A stretch of DNA of 64,000 bases. It comes from Gammaproteobacteria bacterium (lineage in GTDB: Bacteria > Pseudomonadota > Gammaproteobacteria > Eutrophobiales > Eutrophobiaceae). The notes under the pieces are model-generated. The model saw nothing but the letters and a program-made list of their open reading frames with translations. It was not told where the DNA came from and did not search any database. Below are positions 1 to 9,022 of the stretch, in pieces (the first letter of the stretch is position 1; every line of letters starts with the position of its first letter). The stretch lies in the NCBI GenBank assembly GCA_965243205.1, contig CBDEUK010000001.1, positions 288,001 through 352,000 on the forward strand, written 5' to 3'. Both the position numbers and the translations under genes were made by a program.

Positions 1-4
1 TAAG

Positions 5-484
5 ATGTTAATAGCCGTAGGTTTCGTCGAAATGAATGATATCCGACAACAACGCTATTTAGCGGCTAAGCAAATGGGATATAAATTCATAAATTTTATT
101 CATAATACTGCATCAATAAACCATTGTGATATTGGCGAAAACAATATCATTTTAGATCATGTTTCTATTCACCCTGGCAGCCGTTTAGGTAATAGCAATT
201 TCATAAGCAGCAATACGAATATCGGTCATGGATGTTCGATAAACGATGCTTGTTGGATAAATGCAGGTGTTGGTATTGGTGGTGAAACTAAGCTCGGCAA
301 TAATTGTTTTGTCGGCATCAATGCGACCATTGGGCAAGGAATTACAATAAATCCTAAAACATTTATTGGAGCAAACTCGTTGATCAATAATGATACGGAA
401 AATGATTCAGTATATTTAACCCAAAATGCCGAAAAGTTTCGATTAAATAGTCAACAATTTCTAAACTTTTCTAATTCATTATGA
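5..484 (+). CDS. Hexapeptide-repeat sugar acyltransferase (NeuD/PglD-like), probably truncated at the window edge
   Basis: Left-handed beta-helix repeats (IGENNII, LGNSNFI, IGHGCSI, LGNNCFVG, TFIGANS); 'NFIHNTA' motif; the frame is open to the window start. Confidence 0.8.
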   Translation: MLIAVGFVEMNDIRQQRYLAAKQMGYKFINFIHNTASINHCDIGENNIILDHVSIHPGSRLGNSNFISSNTNIGHGCSINDACWINAGVGIGGETKLGNNCFVGINATIGQGITINPKTFIGANSLINNDTENDSVYLTQNAEKFRLNSQQFLNFSNSL

Positions 485-2022
485 AAAATCCATTAGATCA
501 ATATAACTCTATCTACTCAGCATTTCATGAACATGTCGAAAGTGTTCCTGATAAATGCGCTGTTGTATTTGAAGATACTCAAATTAGTTATTCTGAATTA
601 AACCAGAAGGTATTGAATCTATGCCATCATCTAAAATCCAAAGGCATCCAATCTGGTGATTCTGTTGCAGTAATATTACCGAATTGCTATGAATATACGG
701 TTATTTTATTAGCTGCTTCCAAACTAAAACTCCTACTTGTACCATTTAATATTGGTTTACCAGTTCATTCCATTTTATCAAATTACCAATCATTAGATAT
801 AAAATATTCTTTTGTATGGTTTGGATTAATTGATGAAGTTTTAAATATTGATAATTCAATAAGCGATTCGCTTATTAGCATTGGCAATTCAGATCTACAA
901 AATCAAAATGATTTCAAAGAAATTGAATCTATAAAAAACCACATATCTGATTCAGATAATACATTTGATGATGAAGATTCCCCTTATATTATCTGTATGA
1001 CATCTGGCTCAACAGGAAATCCAAAACCGATTGTTCTAAATCAAAAAACCAAACTAAAGCGCATTAAAGCACTAGAAGATAATTATGGTGTCAATAATAA
1101 TGATGTTACTTTAGCAGCCACGCCTCTTTATCATTCGTTAGCTATGCGCTTAGTACTTCAACCACTAACAATGGGTGGAACTAGTATCATACTCAATGGT
1201 TTTAGCGTAAAGAAATGGATTTCATCAATAAAAGAACATGGCATCAGTTTTACCATTGCAGTTTCATCTCAGCTAAAACAAATTTCTGAACATTTACAAA
1301 CAGAAAATAATTATTTTAATTCTTTACGAGTTTTAGTTTCTTCATCTGAACAACTAAATGTTTTTGTAAAACAAAAATTAATAAACCATCTCAAATGTGA
1401 ATTTCATGAATGTTATGGCACATCAGAAATTGGGATTGCCAGTAATTTAAATACAACAAGTGAATCAAAAATCCATTCTGTTGGCAAAGCTATAAACGAA
1501 GTCGACATCGTCATTTTAGACGACGACTATAAAACATTAGCAAGTAATTGTATTGGTGAAATTGCTTGCAATACTTCAATGGTATTTTCTGAGTATTTAG
1601 GCCAACCCGAAACGACTAAAAAATCTTTTTATAATGATTATTTCTTAACAGGAGATTTAGGTTATTTAGATGATGATGGCTATTTACATTATAAAGGACG
1701 AAAAAAAGAATTGATTATTTCAGGCGGCATAAACATTTATCCAAAAGACATTGAAGATACGATCAAACAGTTAGACGGTGCAAAAGAAGTCGCCGCTATT
1801 CCTAAACAAGATACTAATCTTGGCGAAGTTGTGATCGTATTTATTGTTAAAGAAAAAGAAACTGACTTATCTTTAAAAACACTTAAACAACATTGCGCTA
1901 AAAATCTAGCCGACTTTCAATTTCCTAGAGAATTTCATTTCACAGATGAATTGCCTAAAAACTCTCTAGGAAAAATTCAAAAACATCGCTTACGAGATAA
2001 CAACTTAGCTGAAATAGCATGA
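481..2022 (+). CDS. Adenylate-forming acyl-CoA/acyl-ACP ligase (ANL superfamily)
   Basis: MTSGSTGNPK P-loop, YGTSE, TGDLG, GRKKELIISGG, PKNSLGKIQK motifs. Confidence 0.9.
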   Translation: MKNPLDQYNSIYSAFHEHVESVPDKCAVVFEDTQISYSELNQKVLNLCHHLKSKGIQSGDSVAVILPNCYEYTVILLAASKLKLLLVPFNIGLPVHSILSNYQSLDIKYSFVWFGLIDEVLNIDNSISDSLISIGNSDLQNQNDFKEIESIKNHISDSDNTFDDEDSPYIICMTSGSTGNPKPIVLNQKTKLKRIKALEDNYGVNNNDVTLAATPLYHSLAMRLVLQPLTMGGTSIILNGFSVKKWISSIKEHGISFTIAVSSQLKQISEHLQTENNYFNSLRVLVSSSEQLNVFVKQKLINHLKCEFHECYGTSEIGIASNLNTTSESKIHSVGKAINEVDIVILDDDYKTLASNCIGEIACNTSMVFSEYLGQPETTKKSFYNDYFLTGDLGYLDDDGYLHYKGRKKELIISGGINIYPKDIEDTIKQLDGAKEVAAIPKQDTNLGEVVIVFIVKEKETDLSLKTLKQHCAKNLADFQFPREFHFTDELPKNSLGKIQKHRLRDNNLAEIA

Positions 2023-3230
2023 ATATTACTCATTTAAATAAAACCATTCCTTTTAAATTAGGATTTATAGGCGGCTCTACTCGTTCAGCAATTGGCTTAA
2101 CACATTATTTAGCCAGCAGAATGGATAATTATTTTGTTTTAGAAGCAGGTTGTTTTTCACGAAACTCAAATAATAACAATTATACGGCAAAAGAATGGAA
2201 CGTTGATAAATCACGAACATATGATAACTGGCAAGATTTACTCGAAAATGAAACACGAAAATTAGATGCCATCGTTATTCTAACTCCTACTCCAGATCAT
2301 TTTACGATTATTTCCAAAGCACTTGAATTGGGTTACCCGGTAATATCAGAAAAAAGCTTAGCTACTAACAGCCATGAGGCTGAAACAATTAAATCCTTAC
2401 TTGAAAAAAACAAAGGGTTTTTATCGGTAACGTATAACTACTCCGGCTATCCAATGCTACGTGAATTGAAGCATCGCATTGAAAAAGGTGAATTTGGGCA
2501 GTTATTACATACTCAAATAGAAATGCCGCAAGAAGGCTTTATACGAGAAAATCAAAACGGTTCACATAATCTACCTCAAGAATGGCGACAAAAAGATTTA
2601 TCAATCCCTGGGATCACTTTAGATTTAGGAACTCATTGTCATCATCTAATCTCTTTTTTAACGAATGGATATAAGCCACTTGAAGCAATCAGTGACCAGG
2701 CACAATATGGTTTTTTACCTAATGTAATAGATGACGTTAGTGCATTGATAAAATATGAAAATAATTTTAGAGCCAATGTTTGGTTCAGTAAAAGTTCTAT
2801 TGGCCATCGTAATGGTTTAAAGGTAAGAATATACGGTAGTAAAGCCAGTGCTGAATGGTTACAAGAAGATTCTGAAAAGCTATCTATTAATTATGTGGAT
2901 GGGCAAAAAACAATCGTTGATCGTTCTTCTATTTCTGAAGTGGCATCAAATCATCGATACAATCGATTTAAGGTCGGACACCCATCAGGATTCATCGAAG
3001 CATTTTCTAATTTATATAAAGATATTGCATTGGATTTGGATTTTTACTTTAAAAATATAGAGCAAAATTCAAGATATGTATTTGGTATAGAACATGCATT
3101 GGAAGGGTTATATTTATTCGAAGCAATGCAAGAATCATTAAAAACCAAGTCATGGACATCTGTTAAAAATTCAATTCATCATCAAGAATCATGCAAACCG
3201 ATATTAAAGCATTCATCATCAAACTATTAG
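2019..3230 (+). CDS. Gfo/Idh/MocA family NAD(P)-dependent oxidoreductase
   Basis: LGFIGG Rossmann start, TPTPDH, SEKSL (EKP-like), DLGTH catalytic motif. Confidence 0.88.
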   Translation: MNITHLNKTIPFKLGFIGGSTRSAIGLTHYLASRMDNYFVLEAGCFSRNSNNNNYTAKEWNVDKSRTYDNWQDLLENETRKLDAIVILTPTPDHFTIISKALELGYPVISEKSLATNSHEAETIKSLLEKNKGFLSVTYNYSGYPMLRELKHRIEKGEFGQLLHTQIEMPQEGFIRENQNGSHNLPQEWRQKDLSIPGITLDLGTHCHHLISFLTNGYKPLEAISDQAQYGFLPNVIDDVSALIKYENNFRANVWFSKSSIGHRNGLKVRIYGSKASAEWLQEDSEKLSINYVDGQKTIVDRSSISEVASNHRYNRFKVGHPSGFIEAFSNLYKDIALDLDFYFKNIEQNSRYVFGIEHALEGLYLFEAMQESLKTKSWTSVKNSIHHQESCKPILKHSSSNY

Positions 3231-3448
3231 AAGCTAAGGGAACACTTCCTAAAAACCAAGATCTTGATGATTATCGATATTTAGATAACGGTCATATAGA
3301 TTCTCTGAGTTTGATTAAATTTATAAATAATATTGAACTTGAATATGATATTGAACTAAACGATGACGAAATAATGTCTGAAAATTTTCGTACTGTCTCA
3401 GGTTTAACCTCTTTGCTAGAAAATAAGTGCAATCAACTTACATCTTAA
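3191..3448 (+). CDS. Stand-alone acyl carrier protein
   Basis: 85 aa acidic protein with GHIDSLSL phosphopantetheine-Ser motif and C-terminal ENFRTV. Confidence 0.88.
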   Translation: MQTDIKAFIIKLLEAKGTLPKNQDLDDYRYLDNGHIDSLSLIKFINNIELEYDIELNDDEIMSENFRTVSGLTSLLENKCNQLTS

Positions 3449-3460
3449 CTGGATACAAAA

Positions 3461-4756
3461 ATGAATCTGCATAATAGTTCTATCGATGACTATAAAAAAT
3501 ACATGCTACCAGTACTTGATTTCAGGTCGATCATTATAGAAAAAGGCCAAGGTTCTTATGTATGGGATTGCAATGGAAATCAATATCTGGATTTAAATAG
3601 CGGTCAATTTTGTTCTGTTTTCGGACATTCTGATCCTGGCATAGCCAATCAACTAAGCCATATCAGTAATACTATTCAAGATACTGATACATCAACTCTT
3701 TCTAAAGATGTGTTAATCGCCGCTAAAAAGATACATGGTATAACCCCCGAAATGAATTCTCGTGTGCTATTTCTTTCTACAGGCGCAGAAGCAAATGAAT
3801 GCTGTTTAAAATATGCTAAACACCTTAAAGAGAAAGACGGCATTGTTGCTTTTGATCGAGGCTATCATGGATTAACCCATGGAACCGCAGGCTATTCTAT
3901 GTCAAGGAGTCGTATTAGACCTACATTAGATCATTCATTTACAGTGTCTGTACCACAGGCTTTTTATGAAGATGATTTAAATAAAGATGAAATAGATACT
4001 TATGTTTCTGAATTTGAAACTGTTATTTCAAATAATATCGATCATATTGCCGCAGCTATTTTTGAACCGATAGTTTCTGGTGGAGGATTTTATTTTCCAC
4101 CAAAATATTATTTTCAACGTATACGAGAAATATGTGATCGATATGAAATATTTCTAATATTTGACGAATGCCAAACTGGGTTCGGTCGAACTGGCTCTTG
4201 GTTTTATTACCAACAGATAGAATGTATTCCAGATTTTATTGTTACGGCAAAAGCGATTGGCTTAGGTTTTCCTGTTGCTAGTGTAATTGCAAATGGCAAT
4301 ACTATTAATAATGATAGATTCTTAATGCAACATTTTAGTTCTCATCAAAATGAACCTTTCTCTGGTTCATTAATTAGCTATGGCATCGATAGAATAAATA
4401 ATGAAGATATTCTGAACAATAATATTAGATTAGGGAATTATTTAATCAGATCACTAAACACATTAAGCAACCATCACAAACAAATAACCGCGCCCAGAGG
4501 GAAAGGCTTGATGTGTGCATTTGATTTATCTTTCCCTGATGTTCTAAATGATAGTGATTATAAAATCATTGGTGAAAATTTTTGCCTAACTGCTTTAAAT
4601 CATGGGCTTTTACTTCAACACTGTAATAATGGCAAAACCATTCGTTTACTGCCTAATTTCAAAGTCACTGAATCTGAAATTGATGAATGCATGAATTCAT
4701 TAAATGACACTATTTCAGAATTCACTTTTAATAATTACGAATATAAATGCGCATAA
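3461..4756 (+). CDS. Class III PLP-dependent aminotransferase
   Basis: GQGSYVWDCNGNQYLD, STGAEANE, YHGLT, FDECQTGFGRTG, AKAIGLGFP (PLP-Lys), RGKGLM. Confidence 0.92.
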   Translation: MNLHNSSIDDYKKYMLPVLDFRSIIIEKGQGSYVWDCNGNQYLDLNSGQFCSVFGHSDPGIANQLSHISNTIQDTDTSTLSKDVLIAAKKIHGITPEMNSRVLFLSTGAEANECCLKYAKHLKEKDGIVAFDRGYHGLTHGTAGYSMSRSRIRPTLDHSFTVSVPQAFYEDDLNKDEIDTYVSEFETVISNNIDHIAAAIFEPIVSGGGFYFPPKYYFQRIREICDRYEIFLIFDECQTGFGRTGSWFYYQQIECIPDFIVTAKAIGLGFPVASVIANGNTINNDRFLMQHFSSHQNEPFSGSLISYGIDRINNEDILNNNIRLGNYLIRSLNTLSNHHKQITAPRGKGLMCAFDLSFPDVLNDSDYKIIGENFCLTALNHGLLLQHCNNGKTIRLLPNFKVTESEIDECMNSLNDTISEFTFNNYEYKCA

Positions 4757-4786
4757 TCATTTATAAATAAAAAACTGAGATAAAAA

Positions 4787-5833
4787 ATGAAATACATCGA
4801 ACAAGCAATATCATCCATGTCAGATAAAACTGTTGTCTACTGGGGTGCAGGAAGACGATTGAGTAGCTTCATTCAAGAATACTGTATCGATAATAATCAT
4901 TTACCTTTGCCTGATTATGTGTGTGATAGTACACGTGATGTTGAAGAAGAATCAATTATGGGTGTTCCAGTCATTGATTTTCAAAAAGTTCGAGAAATGA
5001 AAGCTGCCGATACCATATTAGTCATTACTGCTGGCTTAATGGATTTACAAGCACAAGTCATTAAAAGTGAATTTTATTATTTTCCAATGTATCACTGTCG
5101 ATCATTTGAAACATATTTTTATCTGCAAAAAAATCATGAAAAATATCAAGGTTCATTAGAATTATTGGCTGATGAACATTCACGGTCTGTCTATTCAGGC
5201 TGTTTGAATGGAATTATGCAAGGTTCACTATGGAATCAAGCTTTATACGAACCTGAAGCATACTTTAGTAACGATATCATTGGTAAATTAAAAGATGATA
5301 CGCAATTGGTTTTTGCAGGTGCTTTTAACGGTAAACATATAGAAAGGATGTTAAGAAATAATGATAAAATCAGTGTCGATGCTTGTGAGCCCAGTCGTCG
5401 CTGGCATGCTTATTTGACAAATAAATTTAAACAATATCCTGATATAACCATACATAACAATATTCTTTGGCACCAAAAAGACCAATTAAAATTTCAAGAC
5501 GATGCATCTAACGAAGGTTTGGATGCTCATGTATGTTCAGATGCTACTGAATATAGCTATCTAGTTGATAGTATCGATATAGATTCGTTAATGAATAAAA
5601 AAGTTACTCAAATTGCATTGGATGTTGAAGGCTCTGAACAAAAAGTTTTAAACGGTGCTAAAAATACTATTCTTCGTGATCGACCAGACTTAACGATATG
5701 CCTGTATCATTCGATGGATGACTTTATCAATATCCCTCATCTTATTAATGATATGACTGATGGTGAGTACAAATTTTATGTCAAACAGCATTCTTGCGTA
5801 ACAGCGATTGAAACTGTCTTATATGCAGTCTAA
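4787..5833 (+). CDS. FkbM-family methyltransferase with N-terminal Rossmann-like extension
   Basis: AGAFNG, ACEP, LDVEGSEQKVLNGA, PDLTICLYH, terminal ETVLYA typical of FkbM proteins; N-terminal WGAG. Confidence 0.82.
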   Translation: MKYIEQAISSMSDKTVVYWGAGRRLSSFIQEYCIDNNHLPLPDYVCDSTRDVEEESIMGVPVIDFQKVREMKAADTILVITAGLMDLQAQVIKSEFYYFPMYHCRSFETYFYLQKNHEKYQGSLELLADEHSRSVYSGCLNGIMQGSLWNQALYEPEAYFSNDIIGKLKDDTQLVFAGAFNGKHIERMLRNNDKISVDACEPSRRWHAYLTNKFKQYPDITIHNNILWHQKDQLKFQDDASNEGLDAHVCSDATEYSYLVDSIDIDSLMNKKVTQIALDVEGSEQKVLNGAKNTILRDRPDLTICLYHSMDDFINIPHLINDMTDGEYKFYVKQHSCVTAIETVLYAV

Positions 5834-5838
5834 ATAGA

Positions 5839-7713
5839 CTAAGCTTGAATATAGTCGTCTAAGTTGAAGGACTTCGTTAATACCCAATACTCAGAACAAC
5901 CATATGGCCAGTTTTGTGATACTCGTCCAGTTTTATCTTTATACCATGATGTAACTGAGTCTAAACCCCAAGCACGTTTTTCATTGCCATCATCTATCCA
6001 TTGATTGTATTCATTATAGACAGACTCTTTACAAACAACTGAATTAATTTTTTGCTGTTTTATCGTCTGAATACATTCAGTAATGTAGCGAGATTGACAC
6101 TCAGAAAAAAACGTTATACTACCGTTGACAACCACATTCGTATTTGGACCAAACATCACAAATAAGTTAGGCATTTTAGGAACGCTCATCCCTAAATAAG
6201 CACGTGGTGATTGATGCCATACATCTTTTAGACTTTCACTTTTAGAACCTTCAACGTTTATTCCAGTTAAAAACTCATTGGCAGTAAAGCCAGTCGCACA
6301 AATAACAACATCTGCTTTTCTATAGATACCATTATTCGTGGTTAAACCTTCTTCATCTATTGATGATAATTTATCTGTAACTAGCTCGACCTGTTCTTTT
6401 TGTAACATTTTTAGCCAGGAACCATCATCTAATAAAATACGTTTTGCGCCAGGGGGATAATCTGGAATTACTTTTTCATATAAAGGATTATCTTTTTCAA
6501 TATACGTTGAGAAAAATTCTAATAATGTATTTTTAAAATTCTTATTCTCTTCGCTCTCTATAATTTCTTGTTTATTTTTTTGTAATGTAATTTGAGTTAA
6601 AAACCCTTGATCAGCGTTAAAAAATGCCATGCTACGAAAAAACTCACGGTAATATTTTATTTCACTCATGACAAAATTTTGCAGTTCGGGTACAGGTTTT
6701 TTTAAATGTGGAATATGATGAAACCAGTTTGGACTTCGTTGATAAATCGTTAATGACTCACATTTTTCTGCTATGAGAGGAGCGAATTGTATAGCACTTG
6801 CTGCAGCGCCAACGATAGCCACCTTTTTATTTTCAATATCAACATTGTGATCCCATAATGCTGAATGAAAGATATTGCCATTAAATTTCTCAATTCCTGG
6901 TATCTCCGGCATATTAGGGTTATCCAGTTGCCCAACTGCCGAAACAACAAACTGACTCAAAAAAGTATGTTTTTCATCACCATTATCAGCAACAGATATC
7001 GCCCATTGATTTAATTCTTCTTGCCAAATTAAATCTGTGACGCGGGTAGAAAATTGTATATGACTAAGAATATCGTGTTGTTCTACACAGTCTTGTAAAT
7101 ACTTATGAATACTATTTTGCTGTGCATATATGTCCTGCCATTGATAATCACTAAAAAAAGAGTATCCATATAAAAGATTTGCAACATCAACTCGACAACC
7201 AGGATAGGTATTTTGTTGCCATGTACCTCCAAGAGATGAGTTTTTTTCTAAGATGGTAAATGGTATTCCTGCTTTTTTTAAAGATATAGCCATGACAATT
7301 CCGGATATGCCTGCACCAATAATCGTGACTATAGGTTCCTTATTTTCATCAAAAGACGCATAAGTTCCCATTTCATCAGAATCACTTGGTAAAAAACCAC
7401 CTTGTTCAAAATATAATGATAATTGTGATTCTTCTGCTGTCGATAACAACCACTTGATAACATCAATGACTTGTTTGCTATTTATTTCTGGTTTTTTTTT
7501 ATCTTTATGTTGATGGTCTACTTGTTGTTGTAACCACTCTGATAGCTCGAAAAATATTTTGGATTGATTCGTAATAAAAGCTTGTTTATCTTGTAGTTGA
7601 CTTGGTAAAACTTCTGATAGTAATTCATATCTGTTCGTATCCAATACCATTGCTGATATTAAACAAGGTAAATTAGATATGGATATGATATCTATGGCTG
7701 TAAACTTACTCAT
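5839..7713 (-). CDS. Baeyer-Villiger-type flavin monooxygenase (4-hydroxyacetophenone monooxygenase-like, N-terminal extension)
   Basis: GAGISG FAD motif, GGTWQQNTYPGCRVD, BVMO fingerprint FNGNIFHSALWD, GAAASA NADPH motif, ATGF. Confidence 0.9.
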   Translation of the reverse strand: MSKFTAIDIISISNLPCLISAMVLDTNRYELLSEVLPSQLQDKQAFITNQSKIFFELSEWLQQQVDHQHKDKKKPEINSKQVIDVIKWLLSTAEESQLSLYFEQGGFLPSDSDEMGTYASFDENKEPIVTIIGAGISGIVMAISLKKAGIPFTILEKNSSLGGTWQQNTYPGCRVDVANLLYGYSFFSDYQWQDIYAQQNSIHKYLQDCVEQHDILSHIQFSTRVTDLIWQEELNQWAISVADNGDEKHTFLSQFVVSAVGQLDNPNMPEIPGIEKFNGNIFHSALWDHNVDIENKKVAIVGAAASAIQFAPLIAEKCESLTIYQRSPNWFHHIPHLKKPVPELQNFVMSEIKYYREFFRSMAFFNADQGFLTQITLQKNKQEIIESEENKNFKNTLLEFFSTYIEKDNPLYEKVIPDYPPGAKRILLDDGSWLKMLQKEQVELVTDKLSSIDEEGLTTNNGIYRKADVVICATGFTANEFLTGINVEGSKSESLKDVWHQSPRAYLGMSVPKMPNLFVMFGPNTNVVVNGSITFFSECQSRYITECIQTIKQQKINSVVCKESVYNEYNQWIDDGNEKRAWGLDSVTSWYKDKTGRVSQNWPYGCSEYWVLTKSFNLDDYIQA

Positions 7714-7772
7714 AAATTTACTTTTTTATAATCTCAAAAAATCATTCTATATGTAAAAAAAACTCATTTAAG

Positions 7773-8915
7773 TTAACTACCTATGGATTTTCTTAAAAAT
7801 AAAGTATCACCCAAACAGAAACTAAGATCGAAAATATTTTTTTTAATTAATTCATCGCCTGCTCGTTTTGGTCCATCACCAAATGCCCAAACATAATCAT
7901 CAAGTAACACCCAACCACCTGGCTTAACATGAGGAATCCAATTATCGATATCTTTACAAACCTCTTCATACTTATGATTTCCATCAATATGTAATAATGC
8001 TATTTCACCAGTGACAGAAAACCTACCTAACTCAGGAGTTTTGACGAAACCTTCTTCAACATTATTAATATAAATTGTAACCGCTTGTTCTGAAGCTTCA
8101 CGAATATATGTTAGGTTATCTAATAATGCCGCATTGGCTAAAAATATTTGAAAGATTATATCAGGGTCAACTTCACCAATTTGTTTATTGAGTAATTTAG
8201 CTTGATTACCTTGCGGTTTTATTTTTCCAGCTTTCCAAGGGTCAACACTGATCACATTCCCTATGTGATATTTTTTTGCTAAATAGGCAAATGCATATGC
8301 AGATCGACCATACAATGAACCAATCTCAACAATATCCCCTTGAGGAATGAGACGCATAATTACACTTAGCGAAAGTAATTTATCATCATCACATTGTCCT
8401 GGGATATTTCTAAACTGTTTATGTAAAGCTGAATAATGTGCCTCTGATAATAAACCTCGTAAAAACGATCCATTGGCTAAAAACCCTGCCAAAGTATCTG
8501 CTTGTACTTTTTTTACCCAATCATAGCTAGGCTTATACTTTAACCAATTTGCATCAAATGGTTTAGGTGTACATAAATGAAAGCGATAGTCTTTGCTTGA
8601 TAGTAATAATTCTTCGATATGATTCCAAACACCTGAATGAGGAGTATAAACATGTGTGATCGAGTATTGATTAATTAATTTATCAAAAGCCGAATCAAAA
8701 TCATCAGCCGTCACATAAGGTAAATAAGCAAATTCATCGACATTTAAGTCAGTCGCCTGACGCATCACTGAACTCGCACCAATCACATTCAGACCTAAAG
8801 ATTTCGCTTGTTCAGTAAAATATTGTGATTCATCTAAATCCAGCGGGAACACCAATAAATTAATGGCGTTTTGCGGCGATTGAAATTCAGAATTCTCAAT
8901 CTCTAAGGCATGCAA
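7773..8915 (-). CDS. Class I SAM-dependent methyltransferase (Methyltransf_24-like C-terminal domain)
   Basis: VEIGSLYGRS, SVDPW, LHIDGNHKYE, KPGGWVLLDDY; TTG start is uncertain. Confidence 0.85.
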   Translation of the reverse strand: MHALEIENSEFQSPQNAINLLVFPLDLDESQYFTEQAKSLGLNVIGASSVMRQATDLNVDEFAYLPYVTADDFDSAFDKLINQYSITHVYTPHSGVWNHIEELLLSSKDYRFHLCTPKPFDANWLKYKPSYDWVKKVQADTLAGFLANGSFLRGLLSEAHYSALHKQFRNIPGQCDDDKLLSLSVIMRLIPQGDIVEIGSLYGRSAYAFAYLAKKYHIGNVISVDPWKAGKIKPQGNQAKLLNKQIGEVDPDIIFQIFLANAALLDNLTYIREASEQAVTIYINNVEEGFVKTPELGRFSVTGEIALLHIDGNHKYEEVCKDIDNWIPHVKPGGWVLLDDYVWAFGDGPKRAGDELIKKNIFDLSFCLGDTLFLRKSIGS

Positions 8916-8956
8916 TTTAATAAACTCTATTTTTAATTATCATTACAAATATTTAA

Positions 8957-8972
8957 AACAAGGTTTATGCCA
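8957..8972 (-). promoter_or_regulatory. Putative sigma54 promoter for the methyltransferase-BVMO unit (variant -12)
   Basis: Minus strand TGGCATAAACCTTGTT = GG-N10-GT; the -12 element deviates from GC. Confidence 0.45.
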
Positions 8973-8995
8973 ATATTCCTTAAAACCCTATAAAT

Positions 8996-9010
8996 TGGCA
9001 TAATTCATGC
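8996..9010 (+). promoter_or_regulatory. Putative sigma54 promoter for the DegT-glycosyltransferase unit
   Basis: TGGCATAATTCATGC = GG-N10-GC, closely resembling the flgB promoter in this window. Confidence 0.6.
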
Positions 9011-9022
9011 GAATTAGCTGGT

